Part shown: positions 53,317 to 61,500 of the stretch, one piece after another
Layout of the letters: each line of letters starts with the position of its first letter
Position numbering within the stretch: position 1 is the stretch's first letter
From: Parvibaculaceae bacterium
Lineage (GTDB): Bacteria > Pseudomonadota > Alphaproteobacteria > JAPOUT01
Length of the DNA stretch: 64,000 nucleotides
Direction: 5' to 3'
Assembly (NCBI GenBank): GCA_963457525.1
Contig: OY734805.1
Coordinates: 211,445-275,444 of the forward strand
Program-made: the position numbers and the translations under genes
The notes under the pieces: model-generated
Databases searched by the model: none
Seen by the model: the letters and a program-made list of their open reading frames with translations, nothing else
Told to the model about the DNA's origin: nothing

Positions 53317-54107
53317 ATATATCCGTCCACGCGCAGACGTTCGAAAGCGTCTTCGGATTCATGATCCATAAGCCGTCCGGCCCGCTCGGCTTGGCGGGTT
53401 TGCGCCAACTCGTCGAGAATTTCTTCGATGGTTGCGGCGGTGCTGTCGATGGGACGCGTGATGTCCGTGTCGCCCAGGGAGCGGTATCGTTTGCCGTTGC
53501 GCGCGAAATAAAGGTCAACAACGGGAATGTTCTCGCGCTGGATGTAGGCCCAAATGTCCCGTTCGGTCCAGTGCAGAAGCGGATGGATGCGTATGTGCGC
53601 GCCGGGAGGCGGATCGGTCGCATATTGATTCCAAAATTCCGGCGGCTGTTCGCGCGGCTGCCATTCGCCGGAACTTCCGCGCGGAGAAAAGATCCGCTCC
53701 TTTGCGCGCGTCGCCTCTTCATCGCGGCGGATGCCGGCAATGAGTCCCCGAAATCCGTGCGTCTCGATTGCGGCTTTGAGTCCGAGAGATTTGCGGGCGG
53801 CGGAGCGTGCGGCCGGAGGCAGGTCTTCGTCGGTTTCGGAAATATCCGGGCATTCTTGCAACAAGAGATCGATGTTCCATTTTTTTGCATATTCATCGCG
53901 AAAGGCATACATCTCGGGAAACTTTTTTCCGGTATCGACATGAAGCAACGGAAAAGGCATCCGCCCGAAAAAAGCCTTTTGGGCGAGCCGGATCATGGTG
54001 TTTGAGTCTTTGCCGAGCGACCAGAGCATGGCGATATTGTCCATGGTTGCAACGGCTTCGCGCAGGATGTAGATGCTTTGGCTTTCGAGGCGGTCGAGAC
54101 GGTCCAT
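53313..54107 (-). CDS. cysD: Sulfate adenylyltransferase subunit 2
   Basis: LESQSIYILRE, SLGKDS, HVDTG.KFPEM, RRDEE..RAKER, RYRSLG; start ATG 54107. Confidence 0.95.
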   Translation of the reverse strand: MDRLDRLESQSIYILREAVATMDNIAMLWSLGKDSNTMIRLAQKAFFGRMPFPLLHVDTGKKFPEMYAFRDEYAKKWNIDLLLQECPDISETDEDLPPAARSAARKSLGLKAAIETHGFRGLIAGIRRDEEATRAKERIFSPRGSSGEWQPREQPPEFWNQYATDPPPGAHIRIHPLLHWTERDIWAYIQRENIPVVDLYFARNGKRYRSLGDTDITRPIDSTAATIEEILDELAQTRQAERAGRLMDHESEDAFERLRVDGYM

Positions 54108-54189
54108 GGTGTAGAAGTTATGCCAGCGTGCAGGGTGTGACAAGGGGCGGTTGCTTGCGTGTTCGGGAGGAAGGGGGCAAGATGTCGGA

Positions 54190-54894
54190 ATGTCGAACGA
54201 AGCCCCGAATAAAGCCCTGAATGCGGAAATCGAAGCGCAGATTTGCGCTGTCGGACTGGAGCGTGACAAACCTGTGGTGATTTGCGACGTGGACGAGGTT
54301 TTGTTCCAGTTTTTGATTCCCCTTGAGCGATTCTTCGCCGATGTCGGCTACCGGCTGGAGATGCACTCGAACGCCTCGCTGTTTGGAAATGTGTATGCGA
54401 CGGGAAGCGAGACGCCGATTGGGGATAAAGAAGTCAGCGCATTGCTCCACAAATTTTATGATCGCGATGTTGAATCGCAGCCTCCGATACCCGGCGCCAC
54501 GGCTGCGCTGGCGGGATTGTCGAAGCGGGCGCGCGTTGTAATCATCACAAACCTGCCCGCGGCATACGGCAGCAGGCGCCAACGGGCCTTGCGCGCCCAC
54601 GGGATGAATTACCCTCTCATTATCAATAGCGGGCCGAAAGGAGTAGCGCTGACAAGATTGCTGCACGAACATAGGGCACCGTCGTTTTTCATTGAGGACA
54701 TGCACACGCATTTGGTTTCGGCGGCACGGATTGAGGGATTGCATTGCGTTCAGTTTGCGGCGGACAGGCGTTTGGTACGTCTGGTAGAGCGCGCCGAGAA
54801 CGCCCACCAAGTGAAGGGCTGGGGGCCGGCGGTTCGTTATATCGAGGCGCGACTGGATCAGGCGGGGCGAACCTCGGTAACTTCCGGGATGTAA
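54190..54894 (+). CDS. Conserved hypothetical protein, HAD-like
   Basis: VICDVDEVL (DxDxV), ITN, NSGPKG, FIED motifs. Confidence 0.7.
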   Translation: MSNEAPNKALNAEIEAQICAVGLERDKPVVICDVDEVLFQFLIPLERFFADVGYRLEMHSNASLFGNVYATGSETPIGDKEVSALLHKFYDRDVESQPPIPGATAALAGLSKRARVVIITNLPAAYGSRRQRALRAHGMNYPLIINSGPKGVALTRLLHEHRAPSFFIEDMHTHLVSAARIEGLHCVQFAADRRLVRLVERAENAHQVKGWGPAVRYIEARLDQAGRTSVTSGM

Positions 54895-55424
54895 TGCCGC
54901 AGAAGATTTTCGATTCCCTGCTGAAGCGTCATGGTTGCCGACGGGCAGCCCGCACAGGCACCGCGCATGTGGAGATAAACGACACCCTGCTCGAAGCGTG
55001 AGAAAACAATATCTCCGCCGTCCCGTGCGACGACGGGGCGGACGCGCTCATCGAGAAGCTGTTTGATTGCGGTGATGGTTTCGCCGTCGCTGCCGTTGGA
55101 CTCGCCGCCTTCATGCGCGTCATGGCCGCGCTTCGCGGATGCCTGCTCGAGCAGCGCGGGATCTCCGGATCGAAAATGCTCCATGATGGCGCCGAGGATG
55201 AGCGGCTTGACGAACTTCCATTCGGTGGAAGATGTCACGGAGATGAAGTCGCTGCCGAGAAAGACGTTATCGACTCCCTCGACGGCAAACAGTCTCGTTG
55301 CAAGGGGCGAGTCGTTTGCGGATGCGGCATCGGCAAAGTTCGCGCCTTCGCCGGCAAGCACCTCGCAGCCGGGAAGGAATTTCAGCGTTGCGGGGTTCGG
55401 GGTGTCTTCGGTTTGAATGAACAT
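54858..55424 (-). CDS. NifU/NfuA-type Fe-S cluster carrier
   Basis: MFIQTE.TPNPATLKFLPG, VRP.VA.DGGDI, GACAGCPSA. Confidence 0.93.
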   Translation of the reverse strand: MFIQTEDTPNPATLKFLPGCEVLAGEGANFADAASANDSPLATRLFAVEGVDNVFLGSDFISVTSSTEWKFVKPLILGAIMEHFRSGDPALLEQASAKRGHDAHEGGESNGSDGETITAIKQLLDERVRPVVARDGGDIVFSRFEQGVVYLHMRGACAGCPSATMTLQQGIENLLRHYIPEVTEVRPA

Positions 55425-55436
55425 GGGCGTCTCCGT

Positions 55437-55898
55437 TTACGAAAAGACTTCGATTTGCTCGTCCGTGAGGCTTCCGGGCACGATTGTAACGGGCACGGAC
55501 AGCCTTTCGTTTTTATCGGCGAAGAGTCCGGAGACGAGGGGCCCGGGCCCTTCCGCGCCCATGGCCGCGCCCAGCACCAGGATCACAAAATCCTGTGTTT
55601 CGGACAGGTAGACGAGGAGCTGCTCTTTTTTGCTTCCTTCGCGAATGACGAGTTCGGGCTGGATGCCCGAGATGTCCCGGGCTTCGGCGGCGAGGGTTTT
55701 GAGCATGTCCGAGGCGGCGGCCTGGGCCTCCTCTTTCATGATCGATTCGACGCCGAGCCAGTGCTGGAATCCCTCGGGCTCAATAACGACCATGAGAGCG
55801 AGGTTGGACTGGGTTTTCATGGCTTCGCGGCAGGCGAATCGCATGGCAATCCGTGATTCGGGGGTCTCATCGGCGATAACAAGAAATTTGGCTTTCAT
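55437..55898 (-). CDS. Universal stress protein family
   Basis: KFLVIADETPES..A..FA, LVLGAA...GPGPLVS, PVTIVPG; start ATG 55898. Confidence 0.88.
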   Translation of the reverse strand: MKAKFLVIADETPESRIAMRFACREAMKTQSNLALMVVIEPEGFQHWLGVESIMKEEAQAAASDMLKTLAAEARDISGIQPELVIREGSKKEQLLVYLSETQDFVILVLGAAMGAEGPGPLVSGLFADKNERLSVPVTIVPGSLTDEQIEVFS

Positions 55899-55956
55899 AT
55901 GCGCGATACTATCGCTTCTTGGCGGATATGGGAAGGATTTGCGGGGTGAGGGGGAT

Positions 55957-56028
55957 GGAAAAACGCTGTCAGGCTCACCGAGGGGGACATAGCGAGCCTG
56001 ACAGCAAAGGAGGTCCAAATGAACAATT
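55957..56028 (-). ncRNA. Candidate sRNA copy 1 (anti-SD motifs + terminator)
   Basis: 67-bp direct repeat with 56276-56342; minus strand CCTCCTTT, stem GCTGTCAGGCTC/GAGCCTGACAGC, loop TGTCCCCCTC, T-tail. Confidence 0.6.
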
Positions 56029-56070
56029 ATGACTATACCTGATTCTCGGGGGGAAAGCCCTGTTGATTTG

Positions 56071-56085
56071 GCATGGGAGATATGC
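56071..56085. promoter_or_regulatory. GCAT-N7-ATGC dyad (candidate regulator site); second copy at 56384-56398
   Basis: Conserved at the same distance upstream of both sRNA candidates while the intervening sequence diverges. Confidence 0.45.
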
Positions 56086-56169
56086 ACTTCTAGCGTATCT
56101 AAAACCCGCGAATTTTGAGGGTTTTTACGGGCAGGAAATCACTGATTTCATGTGTGGTTTAGACGGAGG

Positions 56170-56246
56170 TGATTCGCCGGTGATTCGCGGGACCGATTCG
56201 GGCGCGATGTGATTCGGTGTGATTCGGTGCGATTCGGCGTGATTCG
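56170..56246. repeat. Array of seven YGATTCG (GANTC) motifs
   Basis: GATTC at 56171, 56182, 56195, 56211, 56221, 56231, 56241. Confidence 0.85.
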
Positions 56247-56270
56247 GAAAAGGACGGTTGGGAGGCGCTT

Positions 56271-56342
56271 AAAAGAACGCTGTCAGGCTCACCGAGGGGG
56301 ACATAGCGAGCCTGACAGCAAAGGAGTTCCAAATGAACAATT
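56271..56342 (-). ncRNA. Candidate sRNA copy 2
   Basis: One mismatch versus copy 1 over 67 bp; own -10-like TATATT and upstream dyad. Confidence 0.6.
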
Positions 56343-56462
56343 GGAATATAAGCGATTCTCAGCAAATTAGAATTGCTAATTTGACATGGGAGATATGCGT
56401 TTTATGCGGGAGTCGGTCGCGGAGCGTTGAAAACCGGTTCAAAGAGGATTGCCGGGGGGATT

Positions 56463-56509
56463 GCCGGGGAGAGGCACAAAAGCCGTCAGGTTGTTGCTCT
56501 CTCCCCGGT
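56463..56509 (-). terminator. Stem-loop downstream of the trimeric autotransporter
   Basis: CCGGGGAGAG...CTCTCCCCGG inverted repeat. Confidence 0.45.
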
Positions 56510-56541
56510 CTTCATTCATTGCTTGTTCAAAGCGCCCGTCC

Positions 56542-58086
56542 TCACTTCGCGAAAGTGAAGACGGCCTTCGCGCCTCCCACCGAGCTATCCAGCCCGATGC
56601 CTCCGCCCAGCGAGATCGAAATTTTTTCACTAAGCCGCATTGAGCTCGATATTGCGAACGCGCTTCCGGAGTCGAAATTCCCGTATCCCGCGGAGAAGGA
56701 AAACGTTTGATCGGCTCGAAGGCTTGGCGCGGACATTGCCAGTGCGAGAGCGACGCCTTCGGCGTTTCGCTGAATATCTGCGGCATTGTTCCTGATAGAT
56801 TGCGCATTGGTCTCAAGGGCCTGTGCATTGGTTTCAATAGCTTGCGCATTGACCCCGATGGCCTGCGTGTTGGCCCCGATGACTTGCGTGTTGGACTGGA
56901 GGCTTTCAACGTTTTGCTGGATGAGGCTCGCATGCTCATCTATGACGGTGGTACCCGTGAAAGTGTTGAGGAAGTCGGTTCCGGCACTTCTCGAGAGAGC
57001 CTGAATGGCCACGGCGTTGGCCTGAATGCTGTTGGTGTTTGTGCCAATGCTCGCGGTGTTAGCCTGAATGCTGCCGACGTTTGAGTTGATGCTCGCGGTG
57101 TTGGTCTGGATGCTGCCGGCGTTTGAACGGACATCCTCGGCGTTGTCCTGAATGTTGCCGGCGTTTGCACTGACACCCGCCGTGTTGGCCTGGATGCTGA
57201 CAGTATTGGTCTGAATGTTGCCGGCGTTGGCCTGGACGCCGTTGGCGTTGGTTTGGACGCCGTTGGCGTTGGTCTGGATGCCGTCGGTGTTGGTCTGAAT
57301 GTTGCCGGTGTTGGTCCGGATATCCGTGACGGAGGATGCCATTTCTTGTTGAATCGCTTGTGTAAGAAAGGTTCCATCGTCGGCGGCAAGGTTTCCCGTG
57401 CTATCGGTGAGCACAACCGAGACTCCAACGGAGGTTTGCGCGGCTGCGGATGCTTGTGATGCGAGTCCGGAGAGCGTGTACGTGTTGGTCTCGTCTCCAA
57501 AAACCTGCTGATTGGCTCTGGTGGTTGTAGCGCCCTGGCCGAAAGCCGCAGAGTTGGTGTGAAGAGCCTTTGCGGATTGACCGACGGCGGTAGCCTCATC
57601 GGCAGTGGCGCGGGAATCCTGCCCGATGGCGGTTGATCTGAGCCCGCTGGCCTGTGCTCCTGAACCGATGGCCGTAATGTGTTGGTGGGTGCCGGATGTG
57701 CTTCCGGCTTGCGCCCCGTTTCCAATGACGACGGTGTCTTGTGCGAAAGAGGTTGCGGCAGTGCCCACAACGATGGATGATCCGGCAGCAGTGCTTTGCG
57801 CTCCGATGGAAATGCTGGAAGAACCTGTCGCGTTGCTTTCGAATCCGAATGCGGTTCCGCTGGTCCCGGCTCGCGCCTTGTACCCCACGGCAGTTGCGCG
57901 GTCGCCGTTGGTTTCCGATTGGTCGCCGGCCTTGTATGTGTGTGTGTGCGTTTGTGCAAGCGCGAGAGGAACGGAAATCAACAGCATCAGCTGCGCCCAA
58001 ACCAAGGCGAAGAGGAGGCGGGGGATTCGTTGGCCGTTATTGCGCAAAAAACTTTTACGGGGGGAGTGTTTCTGTTGCTGTTGCAT
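56542..58086 (-). CDS. Trimeric autotransporter adhesin (YadA-like head, N@d coiled-coil stalk, membrane anchor)
   Basis: AAGGAG SD + ATG 58086; signal peptide; head repeats (ATAVGYKARA, STAIGQDSRA); IxxNxxx heptads; anchor GVALALAM...SAGYGNF..GSAFA. Confidence 0.92.
   Translation of the reverse strand: MQQQQKHSPRKSFLRNNGQRIPRLLFALVWAQLMLLISVPLALAQTHTHTYKAGDQSETNGDRATAVGYKARAGTSGTAFGFESNATGSSSISIGAQSTAAGSSIVVGTAATSFAQDTVVIGNGAQAGSTSGTHQHITAIGSGAQASGLRSTAIGQDSRATADEATAVGQSAKALHTNSAAFGQGATTTRANQQVFGDETNTYTLSGLASQASAAAQTSVGVSVVLTDSTGNLAADDGTFLTQAIQQEMASSVTDIRTNTGNIQTNTDGIQTNANGVQTNANGVQANAGNIQTNTVSIQANTAGVSANAGNIQDNAEDVRSNAGSIQTNTASINSNVGSIQANTASIGTNTNSIQANAVAIQALSRSAGTDFLNTFTGTTVIDEHASLIQQNVESLQSNTQVIGANTQAIGVNAQAIETNAQALETNAQSIRNNAADIQRNAEGVALALAMSAPSLRADQTFSFSAGYGNFDSGSAFAISSSMRLSEKISISLGGGIGLDSSVGGAKAVFTFAK
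57000..57324 (-). repeat. Degenerate 21-bp tandem repeats encoding IQxNxxx heptads
   Basis: About 15 consecutive heptads (IQTNTDG, IQTNANG, VQTNANG, VQANAGN...). Confidence 0.8.
57937..57948 (-). repeat. (CA)6 dinucleotide tract on the coding strand
   Basis: TGTGTGTGTGTG on +; encodes HTHT two residues after the predicted ALA/Q cleavage site. Confidence 0.7.
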
Positions 58087-58669
58087 TGCTTCTCCTTGAG
58101 CCGTTGGAGCCAAGGGGGCGGAATTCCCTCGGCAAAATCAGTAGGGGATATCTACGGTCGGACGAATGCTGGAAGACGGACAAGTCGGTGCGAACCAATC
58201 GATGATCGGCTTGAACGAATCAACGTTGCGACTTGATTTTGGACGGAAAACGATACCGGAACTTTTCTCTTAGGCGGTGTAAAGGTGCCGGTTCGGATAT
58301 TAATAACACAAACTTTCGTTTTTGGGAAGAGTTTTTTTAAAATTCTTGCCGCATTCAAGACTCCCCGCCGCCTTGCGCCGGAAAACCACAGCAACGAGTT
58401 GCCCGGCAACATCCTCGTGCAACCGCTCGTCCGAAACCGGGGCGCATTAAATCGAACGCTTTTGTGTTCAAGCAAACAAGAAGCCCCGGGCCCCGTCGGC
58501 ACAACAATCTTCAGCCGTTCGGATCGACCGAAGCGCAAGGTGAGCCGGTTTGTTTTTTGTTTCCGCGATGGACGCTATCGCAAACGAGAAAAAGAAAAGC
58601 GGACGCATAATGATTTTTTCGTTTAGCAGGGAAGCAAAAGAAGAATCTCCGCCTCCGTCCTTTGGACGC

Positions 58670-58922
58670 AAAAAAACGCCCCGGCAAGTCCTTCGAAATG
58701 CCGGGGCGCCCTTTGGGTTGGTTCGCAGACACATCGCCATCAGGTTCCGGTTTGGCCGGAAACTCAAGCTTTTTTCCGGAAAATCCGGGAACTTGCAAGA
58801 TTCTTGGAGATTTTCGGCGATATTCGGGCGGTTTCAGAGGGGTCATAAAAACCACGGAAAACCGCAAGTTTTTCGAATCAGGCCGGATTTTGACCGAAAG
58901 GCGGCATGATTCGCCGAATTCC
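58670..58922 (-). ncRNA. Duplicated non-coding element, copy B
   Basis: Minus strand AACCAACCCAAAGGG-CGCCCCGGCA-loop-TGCCGGGGCG-TTTTTTT; collinear with 11588-11850. Confidence 0.5.
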
Positions 58923-59512
58923 GAGGGGCTTGATCCGAATCACCGGCCGGGCGGCGCCCCGTTGCACGTGCCCCGTTGGCACGTCCCGGTAAAAACGAAT
59001 CGCCCCCTAAATCACCCCGCAAGCGGCCGGAAGCGGTTAATACGGCTGATTATATCGTTGGCTAGACAAAGAGGAATAATTATTTTGACAAAGTAAGATA
59101 GCAGGTTTTGTGCTTACATATGATTCTATCAAACAATGGCTTCAATAAGAGACAAAACTCCCCACTTAGACATTTCATAACCCAAAACGCATCCGCCAAT
59201 TTTCAACAATGTATATCCTGTTTCTATCATTGTTCTTAACTCCTGCCGTTTTGTTTATCTTCGTTTGTTCCCGTTCATTTGCTCCATGACAATAACATAT
59301 CACCGATTCGTTGGTATTGCAGAATTTCGAATCACCAAGAATAAACTGGCTCTGGGACTGGGTTTGCTCACTTACATCCCAACTCCCATTTTATGACTTA
59401 ACTCGAAAGCCTTTTTTGAGTTACAACAACTTCATTAATAAGTCTAATGACTTCGGCTTGGTGATTTTCTCGTTATTTTGTCAAATCTGTCTAGCCAACG
59501 ATATAATCGTCG

Positions 59513-60412
59513 TTAATACTGCCAACTTTCCATCTGTTCCAGGAGGAAATCGCAAAACACCCGAATCCGCTTTGAGTGGCGCAACTCTTCGGGATAGACG
59601 AGATAGGAGCGGAACGACGGCGGCTCGACGTCCTCAAGAATTCGAACGAGTCCCCGTTCGGCAGGAGCCATATAGTTCGGCAGCATCCCGATTCCCATCC
59701 CCGCCTGAAGCGAGAGCAGCACGCCCATGAGATTATCGACCCGCAAAATCGGCTTGCGTGCATTGTGCGAGGAGCTTCCCGCCGCCAGCAACCAGTTAAC
59801 ATCCCTGATTCCGATGGGCGCGTTTTCCCCGTAAACGACGATGTCATGATCGTCGAGGTCTTCGATCCGTTTGGGAGTCCCGCGTTTTTCAAGATAACCT
59901 TCGGAAGCGGCGATGTGGTAATGGACGATGAAGAGGGAGCGTCTCACCAAATCAACCTGATGGGGCGCGCGAAAACGCACGGCGACATCGGCGTCGCGCA
60001 TGCCGAGATCGAGTTCGTGGTCGGTCAGAAGGATTTGCAATTCGATTTCGGGGTAGAGGTCCGTGAATTCTTTCAAGCGCGGAACGAGCCAGTGACTCCC
60101 AAAACCCACCGTCGTGGTCACGCGCAACGAACCGATCGGTTTTTCCTTGCTGGACGAGATTTGTCCTTCGGCCTCGCGCAATTCATGCGCAACCTTCGTG
60201 GTGGTCTGATAGAGCAACTCGCCTTGCTCGGTGAGGATGAGTCCCCGGGCGTGCCGGTGAAACAGGGGGGCGTTGAGCGACTCTTCCAGCGCCCGAACCT
60301 GCCGGCTGATCGCGGATTGCGAGAGTCCCATGACTTCCGCGGCTTTCGAGAAGTTCCGGATGCGGGCGACTTCGTGGAAGATTCGAAGCTTGTCCCAATC
60401 GAGAGCGCTCAT
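59513..60412 (-). CDS. lsrB: LysR-type regulator, LsrB/VtlR orthologue
   Basis: LDWDKLRIFH...LSQSAISRQV..LE...LFHRHARGLILTEQGELL; directly downstream of trxB as in Rhizobiales. Confidence 0.8.
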   Translation of the reverse strand: MSALDWDKLRIFHEVARIRNFSKAAEVMGLSQSAISRQVRALEESLNAPLFHRHARGLILTEQGELLYQTTTKVAHELREAEGQISSSKEKPIGSLRVTTTVGFGSHWLVPRLKEFTDLYPEIELQILLTDHELDLGMRDADVAVRFRAPHQVDLVRRSLFIVHYHIAASEGYLEKRGTPKRIEDLDDHDIVVYGENAPIGIRDVNWLLAAGSSSHNARKPILRVDNLMGVLLSLQAGMGIGMLPNYMAPAERGLVRILEDVEPPSFRSYLVYPEELRHSKRIRVFCDFLLEQMESWQY

Positions 60413-61362
60413 GCCGGTTTCTCCGATGCGAGGAATCTCTCGGCATCAAGGGCCGCGATGCAGCCCATGCCCGCGGCGGTGATGGCCTGGCGATAGGTAT
60501 CGTCGGCAACGTCTCCGGCGGCGAAGACTCCCTCGACCGAGGTTGTCGATCCGGGCGGGTGGACGCGAATGTGCCCGCTGTTGGACATGTCGAGCTGCCC
60601 GTGAAAGATGCCGGTTGCGGGCAGATGCCCGATTGCGATGAAAATGCCGTCGGCTTCGAGCGCGCCGGTCTCGCCGGATTGCGTGTTTCGGATGTTTACG
60701 CCGGACGCCTGCGGCGGATTGGAGTCGTTGCCGAGGATTTCCTCGACCACGACATTCCAAATGACTTCGATTTTCGGATTTTCGAGCAGACGGTTTTGCA
60801 GAATTTGCTCGGCGCGGAGCGTGTCGCGTCGATGCAGCAGACGAACCCGCTTGGCGAAACGAGTGAGAAACAACGCCTCTTCGACGGCCGTGTTGCCCCC
60901 GCCGACGACGATGACTTCTTTATCGCGAAAGAAGAATCCGTCGCAGGTTGCGCAAGCGGAAACCCCGTAGCCCCGATAGCGCTCTTCTCCGGGAACTCCC
61001 AGCCACCGGGCCTCCGCGCCCGTTGCAATGACGAGAGTTTGGGCGGCGTATTGCGCTCCCGAATCGCCGGTGATTCGGAAAGGCCTGGTCGAGAGGTCGG
61101 CTTCAAGGGCGATATCCTCGCTTATGTCGACGCCGAGATGCTCGACCTGCGAACGCATCTGTTCCATCAACCACGGCCCCTGGATCGGCTCGGCGAATCC
61201 GGGATAGTTTTCAACGTCCGTTGTGATGGTGAGTTGTCCGCCGGGCTGGGGACCGGCGAGCATGGACACGTCCAGCATCGCCCGTGCGGCATAGATGGCC
61301 GCAGCGTATCCGGCGGGCCCCGCGCCAAGTATCAAGACCTGCTTGTTAATCCCTTCGGACAC
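60409..61362 (-). CDS. trxB: Thioredoxin reductase
   Basis: GAGPAG, GGQL, VENYPG, SACATCDG, GGGNTAVEEA, FAAGDV. Confidence 0.97.
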   Translation of the reverse strand: MSEGINKQVLILGAGPAGYAAAIYAARAMLDVSMLAGPQPGGQLTITTDVENYPGFAEPIQGPWLMEQMRSQVEHLGVDISEDIALEADLSTRPFRITGDSGAQYAAQTLVIATGAEARWLGVPGEERYRGYGVSACATCDGFFFRDKEVIVVGGGNTAVEEALFLTRFAKRVRLLHRRDTLRAEQILQNRLLENPKIEVIWNVVVEEILGNDSNPPQASGVNIRNTQSGETGALEADGIFIAIGHLPATGIFHGQLDMSNSGHIRVHPPGSTTSVEGVFAAGDVADDTYRQAITAAGMGCIAALDAERFLASEKPA

Positions 61363-61500
61363 GCTTGTTAAGGCTCCCGTCTTGATTGCGAAGCCGCAAA
61401 ACAGACTTCGCAGGATGGAATTTTAGGGCTACCCCTCGTTACGAATGCGAGTATAGCGCATCCGCCCGGCGGAGGCAAGCGCGGGATTTCTACGGGATTT

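Noticed and set aside
56170..56246. Short repeat array considered as a CRISPR or iteron set
   Set aside because: Units are 7-10 bp with no unique 25-40 bp spacers; no cas or rep gene nearby
55962..56342. 67-bp direct repeats considered as CRISPR repeats or att sites
   Set aside because: Only two copies, too long, 247 bp apart, each with promoter/terminator architecture; no integrase
56333..56710. + strand ORF with a strong SD (and the 7-codon MNNYDYT* in copy 1) as a type I toxin
   Set aside because: Coding sequence is not conserved between copies beyond MNN, has no hydrophobic helix, and overlaps the adhesin antisense; the SD is better explained as the complement of an anti-SD seed
58059..58064. 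G6 run in the adhesin signal N-region
   Set aside because: Too short to be distinguished from chance in GC-rich DNA
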